A stretch of 64,000 bases of DNA from an uncultured delta proteobacterium (GTDB lineage Bacteria; Desulfobacterota; Binatia; Binatales; Binataceae). The first letter of the stretch is position 1. Every line of letters begins with the position of its first letter. The stretch spans positions 1,600,001 to 1,664,000 of the forward strand of contig CAWCDG010000004.1 in the NCBI GenBank assembly GCA_963794325.1, given 5' to 3'. Positions 30,075 to 38,584 of the stretch are shown here, one piece after another. The translations under genes and the position numbers were made by a program. The notes beneath the pieces are model-generated. The model saw only the letters and a list, made by a program, of their open reading frames with translations, was not told the DNA's origin and did no database searches.

Positions 30075-30194
30075 CCTTGAGAACTTGGTCCAAAGGACCA
30101 GTAAGTAAAGTCTCCTTCCCCCAATCCGGCAGGGTCGGTTGCCCCGAACGTCCTCCCCCCGTTTGCGGCGCTGAAACTGCCGGATTTCTTTTTA
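30075..30194 (+). ncRNA. Candidate sRNA or structured leader with anti-Shine-Dalgarno C-rich motifs
   Basis: Follows a sigma-54 motif; hairpin GGTCC-AAA-GGACC, CTCCTTCCCCC, long stem AATCCGGCAG/CTGCCGGATT with apical TCCTCCCCC loop, then a T-tract. Confidence 0.4.
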
Positions 30195-30227
30195 TCAATC
30201 GCAGTCGCGATTCGTCAGGAGTGCCCT

Positions 30228-30425
30228 ATGCCCAGGAAGTCCAGGGGTCGGAAGTATTCGAAGAAGGCCGGCGAGGCGGTCAAACGCGAAATGCATGCGA
30301 TGAAGCTGGGGACGCTGAAATCGGGCCGCTCGGGCAAAAAGGTCAAGGCGCGCAAGCAGGCGATTGCAATTGGCCTCTCCGAGGCCCGGCGCTCCGGCGC
30401 TAAAGTCCCTAAAAAGAAATCTTAG
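30228..30425 (+). CDS. DUF6496-type small basic protein
   Basis: YSKKAGEAVKREMHAMKLGTLKSGRSGKKVKARKQAIAIGLSEARRSGAKVP; AGGAG RBS. Confidence 0.85.
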   Translation: MPRKSRGRKYSKKAGEAVKREMHAMKLGTLKSGRSGKKVKARKQAIAIGLSEARRSGAKVPKKKS

Positions 30426-30598
30426 CGAGCAGACCTTCCGTTCGTACCCGTCTTCCTTGCCAGGCCGCCAGCCGGTAACAGTCCGGCGCCGCACTAGCCT
30501 GACTTGCGAGGCTCGAACTCAGTAAGAAATATCGTCTCTTATAGTAAGTCTTTCATTCGATCATTCCTGCTTTAGCGCGATTTATTTGTGCAATCCAT

Positions 30599-30614
30599 TG
30601 GCGCGCTTCCTGCT
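30599..30614 (+). promoter_or_regulatory. Putative sigma-54 promoter for two small membrane protein genes
   Basis: TGGCGC-GCTTC-CTGCT, 63 bp upstream of ATG 30678. Confidence 0.55.
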
Positions 30615-30677
30615 ATTTAAGCACTTGTCGATTCATAGATGGGTCGGCGGGGTGCAACAGGAAAAGGAAGTATTCAA

Positions 30678-30758
30678 ATGCGTTATGCGATTGCATGGCT
30701 TCTAGGTGTTCCGGCTTCGATTGTCATCCTCTGGTTCGTGCTGGGGCACATGCTCTAA
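30678..30758 (+). CDS. 26-aa single-TM peptide, not in the ORF track
   Basis: MRYAIAWLLGVPASIVILWFVLGHML*; AAGGAAG RBS; WLLGVP motif I recall from small stress-island peptides. Confidence 0.65.
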   Translation: MRYAIAWLLGVPASIVILWFVLGHML

Positions 30759-30834
30759 CTCCAAACTCAGGTCCATCTGAAAACGATGAACCCCGCGGAC
30801 AAAGTCGCGGCGACGCAATTTCAGGAAGACAGTT

Positions 30835-30987
30835 ATGAACCTAATATTACTAGTCCTACTCGTGGTTCTCTTGATCGGCGCATTGCCCGCCTGGCCGTAT
30901 AGTGCCGGCTGGGGCTACTATCCTAGCAGCGCGCTCGGGACGATCCTGGTCATAGTTCTCGTTCTCGCATTGCTTGGACGAGTCTAA
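30835..30987 (+). CDS. DUF3309 family small membrane protein, 50 aa, not in the ORF track
   Basis: MNLILLVLLVVLLIGALPAWPYSAGWGYYPSSALGTILVIVLVLALLGRV*. Confidence 0.9.
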   Translation: MNLILLVLLVVLLIGALPAWPYSAGWGYYPSSALGTILVIVLVLALLGRV

Positions 30988-31027
30988 GACTTCCGCTTCG
31001 TAGGCGATGGCCGTCAGTAGAAGCGAC

Positions 31028-31255
31028 CTACTGACGGTTCATCACCATTCCTGCGCCAATCAGGACAACGCCAAGAACCATCGCTCCCACGCTCACGATC
31101 GGCGGGATGAAGTGTGGTTCCTCAGTCTTGGCCTGAACTTTCAAGTCACCGAATTTCACCACGTCCTGGGTTCGCTCCGTATTGAAGGAGGGCATCGCAA
31201 AGGCGATGAGCCCTAGAAGCGCGACTATCGCGCCGAACATCATGATGCTTTTCAT
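31028..31255 (-). CDS. DUF3185-like small two-TM protein
   Basis: MKSIMMFGAIVALLG...VVKFGDLKVQAKTEE...IPPIVSVGAMVLG; GGAGG RBS. Confidence 0.75.
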   Translation of the reverse strand: MKSIMMFGAIVALLGLIAFAMPSFNTERTQDVVKFGDLKVQAKTEEPHFIPPIVSVGAMVLGVVLIGAGMVMNRQ

Positions 31256-31306
31256 TTCGGTTGTCCTCCAGAAAGTGTTACGTAGGTTCCGCAGGTCCGG
31301 CGAATA

Positions 31307-31322
31307 AGCAAGCCAAGTGCCA
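31307..31322 (-). promoter_or_regulatory. Sigma-54 promoter of the DUF3185-like gene
   Basis: Minus strand TGGCAC-TTGGC-TTGCT (consensus match), 51 bp upstream of the ATG. Confidence 0.72.
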
Positions 31323-31497
31323 CAGAATCTGCCCGCGTCACGATGCTTTGCACGGACCGTAGGCATCCCCGCCGGGAATCATGTAATTGTTGCTCTGTCG
31401 CTATGATTTTCCTGACGTTTGACGTGATGCGCCGGGCTCATTGCGAACCGGCATCGCGCGGACTAAAAGCAGTGAGCCTGATGCGGCTGGAGCCAGC

Positions 31498-33318
31498 ATG
31501 CCTGCGAACCGACTAAGAAGGAGTCTTTCCACCACAATCGTGGTTCCCGCGATCCTGATGGCTCTGGCAGTCATTGCGCTGATGTGGGAATTGCGCCGCC
31601 AGATGATCGAAACCGATTGGGTCGAGCATACTGATCGCGTAATGCTGCTGGTCGAAACCGCGAAAGCCGAATTTTTGTCCGCGCAGGAGGCGCTCAGGAA
31701 TTTCCTTCTTGCTTCAGACCAGACCCACCGCGGTCCGATCGAGAAAAATTGGAACGATAGCCAGGATATGGTCCGGCAACTTGCCGCGCTCGTTTCCGAC
31801 AATCCGACCGAGGAACAACGGGTGAAACTCCTCAACGGCCTCGAGAATCAATGGCTTGAAGCCGTCCGTGACGTGGATCAGAACTCGACCGATGCGGCGA
31901 AAGGTGATCTGTTCCAGCGCGCGACCACGATCGGGACCGAAGTGTTGAATGAGTTCGACGCGTTTTCGGCGGCTGAACAGGAGTTACGGACCGCGCGAGA
32001 CGCGCAACGAGATTTGCATTATCGCGTCGCAATCTGGGGCGTCCCCATCTCTGCGTTGATCCTGGTCATCGGACTCACGGTGGTGGCGTCGCGAGAGATC
32101 CGAAGCGCCAGCAATACGTTCGCCGGAGCGTTGAAAGAAGCGGAGGCGGCGAATCAGGCGAAGACGAATTTTCTCGCGGTCGTCTCCCATGAGTTGCGCA
32201 ACCCGCTGAATTCGATCCTGCTCTGGTGCAACGCGCTGCTCACCAGCGGAACGCTCGAAGGAAAAGTCGATCAAGGAGTCAGAGCAATCTCCCGCGCCGC
32301 CAAGGGCCAGGCGCAGCTCATCGAGGATCTGTTGGACATCTCACGGATCGAAAGCGGCCAGATGCGATTCGACGTGCAACCTGTCAATCCGGCAGAGATT
32401 GTGCGCGCGGCGGTGGACAGCATGAGTCCCGCCGCCGACGCGAAGTCGATTACGATGCAAGTCGTTCTGGATCCGCGCGCGGACGCCGTCATGGGCGATC
32501 CACAACGGCTGCAGCAGGCGGTGTGGAATATCCTGTCCAACGCGATCAAGTTCACGCCCAAGGGCGGCAAGGTGCAGGTGCGCCTCGAGCGAATCAATTC
32601 GCACCTCGAGATTGTTGTCGCCGACAACGGCCGGGGGATCGACCATCGCGAACTCGAAAATGTTTTCGATCGCTTTTGGCAGGCCGCCGGCCCGCACAGC
32701 ACCGAGCGCGGGATGGGCCTGGGTCTTTCCATCGTCAGGCACATTGTAAATCTTCACGGCGGCACGGTCAGTGCTCATAGCGACGGCCCTGGAAAGGGAA
32801 GCGTTTTCATAATTCGCCTTCCGCTTCCGGTTACCACCGCCGGATTGACGAGTCCTGGGCGCCGGCATCCGACGGCGACGCTCACAGGCCAGAGCGCCCG
32901 AGTCCTGCGTCTCGAAGGCATTTCCGCGCTGGTCGTCGATGACGGCCCGGAGACTCGCGAAGCGTTGCGGTCGTTGCTGACGACGCTCGGCGCCAGCGTC
33001 AAGACAGCGGACACTGCGGAGAGTGCAATCGCCTGTCTGACGGAGTCGAAGCCCGACGTGCTCATCTCCGACCTCGGGATGCCCGGTCGCGACGGCTACT
33101 CGCTGATCAAGGAGATTCGGGCGCGTGAACAAGAGACAGGAGCAGTTGAGCATCTGCCGGCCGTTGCACTGACCGCATACGGACGCGTTGAGGATAGGGT
33201 CGAAGTTCTCTCGTCAGGCTTCGACAGCCATGTCGTGAAGCCCGCCGATCCCGCGGAGCTGGCAGCTGTGATCAAAAGATTGGTTAAAGCGCGCAGCTCA
33301 GGCAGCGACGATACCTAA
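31498..33318 (+). CDS. Membrane hybrid histidine kinase (CHASE3-HisKA-HATPase-REC)
   Basis: WVEHTDRV, LVSDNP (CHASE3); FLAVVSHELRNPL; NILSNAIKFT; DNGRGI; GMGLGL; REC LISDLGMP. Confidence 0.92.
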   Translation: MPANRLRRSLSTTIVVPAILMALAVIALMWELRRQMIETDWVEHTDRVMLLVETAKAEFLSAQEALRNFLLASDQTHRGPIEKNWNDSQDMVRQLAALVSDNPTEEQRVKLLNGLENQWLEAVRDVDQNSTDAAKGDLFQRATTIGTEVLNEFDAFSAAEQELRTARDAQRDLHYRVAIWGVPISALILVIGLTVVASREIRSASNTFAGALKEAEAANQAKTNFLAVVSHELRNPLNSILLWCNALLTSGTLEGKVDQGVRAISRAAKGQAQLIEDLLDISRIESGQMRFDVQPVNPAEIVRAAVDSMSPAADAKSITMQVVLDPRADAVMGDPQRLQQAVWNILSNAIKFTPKGGKVQVRLERINSHLEIVVADNGRGIDHRELENVFDRFWQAAGPHSTERGMGLGLSIVRHIVNLHGGTVSAHSDGPGKGSVFIIRLPLPVTTAGLTSPGRRHPTATLTGQSARVLRLEGISALVVDDGPETREALRSLLTTLGASVKTADTAESAIACLTESKPDVLISDLGMPGRDGYSLIKEIRAREQETGAVEHLPAVALTAYGRVEDRVEVLSSGFDSHVVKPADPAELAAVIKRLVKARSSGSDDT

Positions 33319-33345
33319 GCAAGATAGTTAGCTAGCAGCTTTTCG

Positions 33346-33759
33346 TTACTGAACAGGTTCGGGTCTTTCCCGGTGGATCAATCCGACGTGACGCGCGAGC
33401 AACTGCCAGTTTCCGCCGCGCTTCGTCCATACGTTCATGTAGCTGACAAACAGTTTGAACTCGGTGGTATCTGCTATCAGCTGAGAGATCTCGCTGCCGG
33501 TGGTGACGACCAAATTGTCGAACACCGTGATGCGGACCGGCTTGCGTTCATAGATGCGCAGCTTGAGCCGTCCGTTTTTGATCATTTCAAGCAGGATTTG
33601 TTTTCCCGCGATCAGATTCGCGGTGCTGTTGACGACCAGGTCGTCGGCCCACAGCGTCTGCAGCGCTGACGCGTCGGCAGTTAGCATCGCCCTCGCTTCC
33701 CGCTGTTCCAATGCTTCGATCTCGCTTCGTTCCGCGATGATTGATTCTTTCGTATTCAT
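33346..33759 (-). CDS. NTF2-like / DUF4440 protein
   Basis: EIEALEQREARAM...DASALQTLWADD...YMNVWTKRGGNWQLLARH. Confidence 0.8.
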   Translation of the reverse strand: MNTKESIIAERSEIEALEQREARAMLTADASALQTLWADDLVVNSTANLIAGKQILLEMIKNGRLKLRIYERKPVRITVFDNLVVTTGSEISQLIADTTEFKLFVSYMNVWTKRGGNWQLLARHVGLIHRERPEPVQ

Positions 33760-34142
33760 GGCGTTGGCCCTCGCCTGCAATAATGACCTACGGACGTGAG
33801 CAACCGATCAACATCCACCGGTTTAATAATGATTTCGTTGGCGTCTACGTCGGCGCGATCGCTCAAAGCGGTAACGACGATTACCGGGATGTGTGCCAGT
33901 CGTGGGTTCTTGATTTGTTCCGAGCGGAAATGCCAGCCGTCCATCACCGGCATCCACAAATCGAGGATGATCAAATCGGGCGCCGATGCCTGATCCAGGT
34001 AGTCGAGAGCCTCTCTGCCATTGCCGGCAGGAACTGCCTGATAGCCCTTCATCTGCAAAAGGGCGACCATCGCGTCGCGCGCGTCTTCGTCGTCTTCGAC
34101 GACGAGGATTTTGGGTTCCTCTCGTTCTTCGTCGTCGTGCAT
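33756..34142 (-). CDS. Single-domain response regulator
   Basis: ILVVEDD, PDLIILDLWMPVMDG, VVTA, IKPVD. Confidence 0.9.
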   Translation of the reverse strand: MHDDEEREEPKILVVEDDEDARDAMVALLQMKGYQAVPAGNGREALDYLDQASAPDLIILDLWMPVMDGWHFRSEQIKNPRLAHIPVIVVTALSDRADVDANEIIIKPVDVDRLLTSVGHYCRRGPTP

Positions 34143-34330
34143 CGAATCTAATTCTACAAGATACAGGACTCGGGCCAATACTCACTGGATATTTTTCACT
34201 GCGCGAAGGTCAATATTCACCGACTCCGCCAGCGGGAGGGGCTGATTCTCCACGGTAAACCTTTCTCAGTTACCGATTGACCAGAGGGTCGCGAGAAAAG
34301 AAAACTTCGAGTTTGCTATCCTTTTGCTTT

Positions 34331-34346
34331 TGGCCTGCATCTTGCT
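34331..34346 (+). promoter_or_regulatory. Putative sigma-54 promoter of the MEDS kinase
   Basis: TGGCCT-GCATC-TTGCT, about 110 bp upstream of ATG 34456. Confidence 0.55.
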
Positions 34347-34455
34347 GCCTGTTCGAGGGGAACCTTTGTCTTCAGTTATAGGTCGAGATGCGCCAAGAGT
34401 TTGACCACGACTCCCCCGCTGCCGATCCCTTGAGGCTGACGCAGGAGAATCGCCG

Positions 34456-36657
34456 ATGAGCGCGGCGCGGTTTGAGTCGGGCTCCAGTGCGGCCTCATTC
34501 GCGTCGCCGGCTTCATGGACGGACGTCAATCCACATTCGCATCTGGTTCAGTTTTACGAAAGTGACGGATTTCTTATCGACGCATTGGCCCGCTGGTTCG
34601 CCGACGGCCTCAACGGCGGCGATAGTTGCGTATTCGTCGGCACCGAATCGCATCGCATCAGCCTTGAAAAAGAACTTGCGGATCGAGGCTTCGATCTCGA
34701 TCGCACAAGCGGGCGCTTCGTCTGCGTCGATGCGTCACAAGTGCTTTCGACTTTCATAGTCGATGAGTGGCCGAACGGGGATTTGTTCGCTCGCGCGATC
34801 GAAGGTGTTCTGGGCCGCGTGTCTAAATCACGCGAGCTTCGTGTATTCGGCGAGATGGTGACGCTGCTCTGGGCCGACGGGAGACGGCAAGCGGCGGTCC
34901 GCCTCGAAGAGATGTGGAACGCCTTCATGAAGACGCACGCGCTCTCATTGTGCTGCGCGTATCCTCTTCACAGTTTCGGCTCCGATGCGGATGCGTCGTT
35001 GTTTCTAAAAGTCTGCGCGCAGCATACTCCGGTCCTGCCCGCCGAGAGTTACACCGCGCTGACCACGGAGGCTGAACGTCTTCGCGCGATAAGTCTGCTG
35101 CAACACAAAGCGAGTGTCCTTGAAACCGAGAAAGCCGGACGCAAGGAAGCCGAGCAATCGCTTCACCTGCGTCAAAAAGAGCTTTCGGATATCATCGAGA
35201 ACGCGCTCGAAGGAATCCATCAGGTTGGTCCGGAGGGAAAAATTCTGTGGGCTAATCCGGCGCAGCTCAAACTGCTCGGCTATGCGGCCAACGAATACAT
35301 CGGCCATGACCTCGCCGAATTCTACGTTGACCGCAAACGGTTCGATGAGTTCTGGAAGCGGCTCAGGCGCGGCGAGATCATTTACGACTTTGCGGCGGCG
35401 CTGCGATGCAAAGACGAATCGATCAAGGAAGTTCTCATCCATTCGAGCGGGCTGTGGGAAGACGGCAAGTTCCTGTACACCCGATGCTTCATTCGGGACG
35501 TGACGGAAGGCGTCGAACTGGAGCGCGAACTCAAAATAAGGCTGGCGGAACTCGCTCAGGCCGATCAGCGCAAGAACGAATTTCTCGCGATGCTCGGCCA
35601 CGAGCTTCGCAACCCGCTGTCCGCAGTGCTGGACGCTATCGCGACGGCGCAGCTCGACCAGACTCGCCGCGAACGCGCTCTGACCATCGCACGCCGGCAG
35701 ACCGATCAGCTCGCGAGGCTGGTCGATGACCTGCTCGACGTCGGACGAATTACGCAGGGCAGAATCGTCCTCAAGAAGGAAGCGATCAAGGTCGCCAGCA
35801 TCCTCAAGCAGGCGGTCGAAGAAGCCCAGTGTCTGGTCGAACCCGGTCAGCATCAGTTGTCCGTTAGGATCTCGTCGGGCGCCGACGAAGCTGTGATCGA
35901 GGCGGACCCGGCGCGCATGCGTCAGGTGATCGCCAATCTTATACACAACGCGGCGAAGTTCACTCATGCGGGCGGGCGCATCGACGTGCTGGCTGAGCGC
36001 GCCGACAATGAGATCGTCCTGCGGGTGCGCGATTCCGGCATCGGCATCGCGCCGGACCTGCTGCCGCGGGTATTTGATCTCTTCACGCAGGCCGAGCGTC
36101 CGCTTGACCGATCGCACGGCGGCTTGGGCATCGGCCTGACCCTCGTCCAGCGGCTGGTCGAGATGCACGGTGGCCGCGTCGAGGCGTATAGCGCGGGCCC
36201 CGGGATGGGCAGCGAGTTCGAAGTCCGCATCCCCGCCGCTTCTAATTCTCGTCCGCAGGCGACGGCGACCGTAAACCAAGGCGAGGATCACGGGCATCTG
36301 CGAATCGTGATCGTCGAAGATAATTTCGACGCCGCCGAAGCGCTGAAGATGTTGCTCGAGCTGTTCGGACACCAGACCATCGTGGTTGAGAACGGCTTGG
36401 CTGCGATCGAAGTGGTCCGTCACGGCGCGTTTGACATGGCGCTGGTGGATATAGGATTGCCGGGCATCGACGGTTACGAAGTGGCGCGCCGGATCAGAGC
36501 AATCCCAAACGCAAAGACCATGACGCTGATAGCGCTGACCGGCTACGGCCAGGAAACCGACAAACAGCGCGCCCTCTCCGCCGGCTTCGACGAGCATCTG
36601 ACCAAGCCAGTAAAAATCGAACGCCTGCAAGCCGTCCTGAACCGCCCCCGCTATTAA
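34456..36657 (+). CDS. Cytoplasmic hybrid histidine kinase (MEDS-PAS-HisKA-HATPase-REC)
   Basis: HLVQFYESD, RVFGEMVTLLW, LCCAYP (MEDS); PAS ILWANPAQLKLLGY; LAMLGHELRNPL; REC LVDIGLPGIDG. Confidence 0.92.
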   Translation: MSAARFESGSSAASFASPASWTDVNPHSHLVQFYESDGFLIDALARWFADGLNGGDSCVFVGTESHRISLEKELADRGFDLDRTSGRFVCVDASQVLSTFIVDEWPNGDLFARAIEGVLGRVSKSRELRVFGEMVTLLWADGRRQAAVRLEEMWNAFMKTHALSLCCAYPLHSFGSDADASLFLKVCAQHTPVLPAESYTALTTEAERLRAISLLQHKASVLETEKAGRKEAEQSLHLRQKELSDIIENALEGIHQVGPEGKILWANPAQLKLLGYAANEYIGHDLAEFYVDRKRFDEFWKRLRRGEIIYDFAAALRCKDESIKEVLIHSSGLWEDGKFLYTRCFIRDVTEGVELERELKIRLAELAQADQRKNEFLAMLGHELRNPLSAVLDAIATAQLDQTRRERALTIARRQTDQLARLVDDLLDVGRITQGRIVLKKEAIKVASILKQAVEEAQCLVEPGQHQLSVRISSGADEAVIEADPARMRQVIANLIHNAAKFTHAGGRIDVLAERADNEIVLRVRDSGIGIAPDLLPRVFDLFTQAERPLDRSHGGLGIGLTLVQRLVEMHGGRVEAYSAGPGMGSEFEVRIPAASNSRPQATATVNQGEDHGHLRIVIVEDNFDAAEALKMLLELFGHQTIVVENGLAAIEVVRHGAFDMALVDIGLPGIDGYEVARRIRAIPNAKTMTLIALTGYGQETDKQRALSAGFDEHLTKPVKIERLQAVLNRPRY

Positions 36658-36660
36658 CCT

Positions 36661-38511
36661 CTAGACATTCCGCGACCGCTTTAGCGAATACATCCGCATG
36701 GTGCCGTAGTTCTTGGCGGCGGGAACCTGTCCAACATACTCGCACGTGAATTTTGCATTGGGAGTTGTTGCCAAAGCCGCCGCGAACGCTTCGGTCGCAT
36801 ACACCGAACCTTCCGGGGTTATCGGCTCGATTCGGGCTGCCCGGCAAACGTGGGCTCCGGTGAAGCATATGCGCTTGAGGACGGGATCGCGCAGTCGATA
36901 CACCGGGCCAAGGTGAGTACCCAGCCGGAGCGCCAGGTCGGGCAATCCGACGCGCTTGAAATCGAATGCCGCCATCGCTTCCTGCAACTCAATTGCAACG
37001 CTCGCCGCAGTTTCAACGTCGGCTATGGTAACCGACAGGCCGTCGCCCCAGGTGTTACGGTACAAGATTTTACGCCCGTGCCGGCCAAGAACGCGCGCGA
37101 ACATGCCGATCACTTCGCGCGTGAAAATCGGCATCTGCGGCTCGCTAAGTCTGCTGAACCACTTGATGTCGCCGAAGAGCATCGCACGAATTGTGCGATC
37201 GCCGGGCTTGCGCACCATTTGACGTGGCGCAGGGCTACTCGCCCTGGCAGCCTTGCCAACCGGAGTCGGCCGAATGACTTCGCTCATAAGTCCGAGCTTT
37301 CGCCAGCGGTATACATCGGCGGCGGTGCCGATGAGGCCGCGATGCTCGCGCGCCGGCATTCCGTCCCACACCACGATTTGACGGACCTTGCTATCAAGAG
37401 AACGCGCGTGCAGCGTTGCCAATCCCATCGCCATCTCGCTGGCGTAAGCGAACAGACCTTCTTCACTGAAGTGTTGGTCGGTGGTGGCGTAGGTGACGCT
37501 TTTGGCTGCCGAGTAGCATGAGTCAAAGCGCGGCAGCCACGACTTACCGGCGCGCGCCACTGAGACTCGCTTGAACTCCTCGAGGCCGAACGGCATCGTG
37601 ACGTTCAATTCGGCGCCTTTGCGCAGCAGTTCCTCCGCAAACAGAATGTCAGCGCCCGCGGCCAGCGAACCATAGCCGAAACCCACGTCGTGCCTGCGCA
37701 ACGCAGCCGCAATCTGATCGCGCACACTGGACTCGCTCGCTTGCGGAAATCGCGGACCGGGCAGATGGCCGGCGTAGTAGATTACCGACGGCACCGAGAT
37801 CGCTTCGAGCACTTCGGGCGCGATTCCGCGTGCCGCGCAGACCAGTTTGAGCTGCCGTCGCGTCGTCGCAATCGACGAAAAATCGCGGCCGGTGGCGAGC
37901 GCGGCGGCGCGCAAAGCGCTCCCTGCGCTGCCAAGGTCGCCGATGATCAGCGCCGCCTCGGCCTCTGTGGCGCGGGCGAAGTATTCGTCGGTGCTTCCGC
38001 CGGCATGGCCGCCGGCAAAGATCTTCAGCACTTCGCGAGCGAGCGCCTGCGCGCTTCGTAAATCACCGCCAAGAAGCTTGAGGGTCGCCGCGTTGATTCC
38101 GGGATAGTATGCGCCCGTGCGCCGGAAGATATCGTTGTAGCGGCCCGCGGCGATGGCGAGCAGCCGCTTCCGCTTCGGCCCGATTTCCTGAAGAGCCTGG
38201 TCCTTGGCTATGCGCGCATCGAGCGCGGCGACATCGATAGTGAAAGCATCGGCCGGCCGATCGGCGATCAAATCGCCGAGCTTGAACCGGTCGTAGCGAG
38301 TGCGAGCCTGCCGGGTCGCCCCGGTCCTCGCGAGCGCAAGTACAGCGTTGTACCGGAGAACGGAGTCATCCGGATATTCTTCAAGCGCGCGATCCGCGAG
38401 GTCGAACGCCTGAAGCAATTCCCCGCGCGCATTAGCGTCATGGATTTCGGAGATCCATGCGCCAACGGATTTCGAAGGCACGGACACTTTCGAGCTGCTC
38501 TCGTCTGGCAT
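36661..38511 (-). CDS. TPR (TPR-S/TRAF-binding-like) - SLOG-like - class III nucleotide cyclase fusion
   Basis: Helical N-terminus (VLALARTGA, YYPGINAATL, YFARATEAEAAL, STTRRQL-like SIATTRRQL); SLOG-like YYAGH...GYGSLAAGADILFAE...VTMPF...VWDG...GTAD; cyclase MLFGDIKWFSRL, NTWGDG, LRLGTHLGPV, RAARIEP. Confidence 0.8.
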   Translation of the reverse strand: MPDESSSKVSVPSKSVGAWISEIHDANARGELLQAFDLADRALEEYPDDSVLRYNAVLALARTGATRQARTRYDRFKLGDLIADRPADAFTIDVAALDARIAKDQALQEIGPKRKRLLAIAAGRYNDIFRRTGAYYPGINAATLKLLGGDLRSAQALAREVLKIFAGGHAGGSTDEYFARATEAEAALIIGDLGSAGSALRAAALATGRDFSSIATTRRQLKLVCAARGIAPEVLEAISVPSVIYYAGHLPGPRFPQASESSVRDQIAAALRRHDVGFGYGSLAAGADILFAEELLRKGAELNVTMPFGLEEFKRVSVARAGKSWLPRFDSCYSAAKSVTYATTDQHFSEEGLFAYASEMAMGLATLHARSLDSKVRQIVVWDGMPAREHRGLIGTAADVYRWRKLGLMSEVIRPTPVGKAARASSPAPRQMVRKPGDRTIRAMLFGDIKWFSRLSEPQMPIFTREVIGMFARVLGRHGRKILYRNTWGDGLSVTIADVETAASVAIELQEAMAAFDFKRVGLPDLALRLGTHLGPVYRLRDPVLKRICFTGAHVCRAARIEPITPEGSVYATEAFAAALATTPNAKFTCEYVGQVPAAKNYGTMRMYSLKRSRNV

Positions 38512-38584
38512 GATGAGTAACCTTCGAACAAGCAGGTACCGACTTTCGGCACGAAAATCTTATCGAGTGATGGGCGAATCTGGA

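Noticed and set aside
14299-36630. Long antisense or alternate-frame ORFs (e.g. 14299-15663, 16040-17170, 35005-36630, and the 5' extension 19609-20262)
   Set aside because: Shadow ORFs of GC-rich genes with no motifs; they overlap well-supported CDSs.
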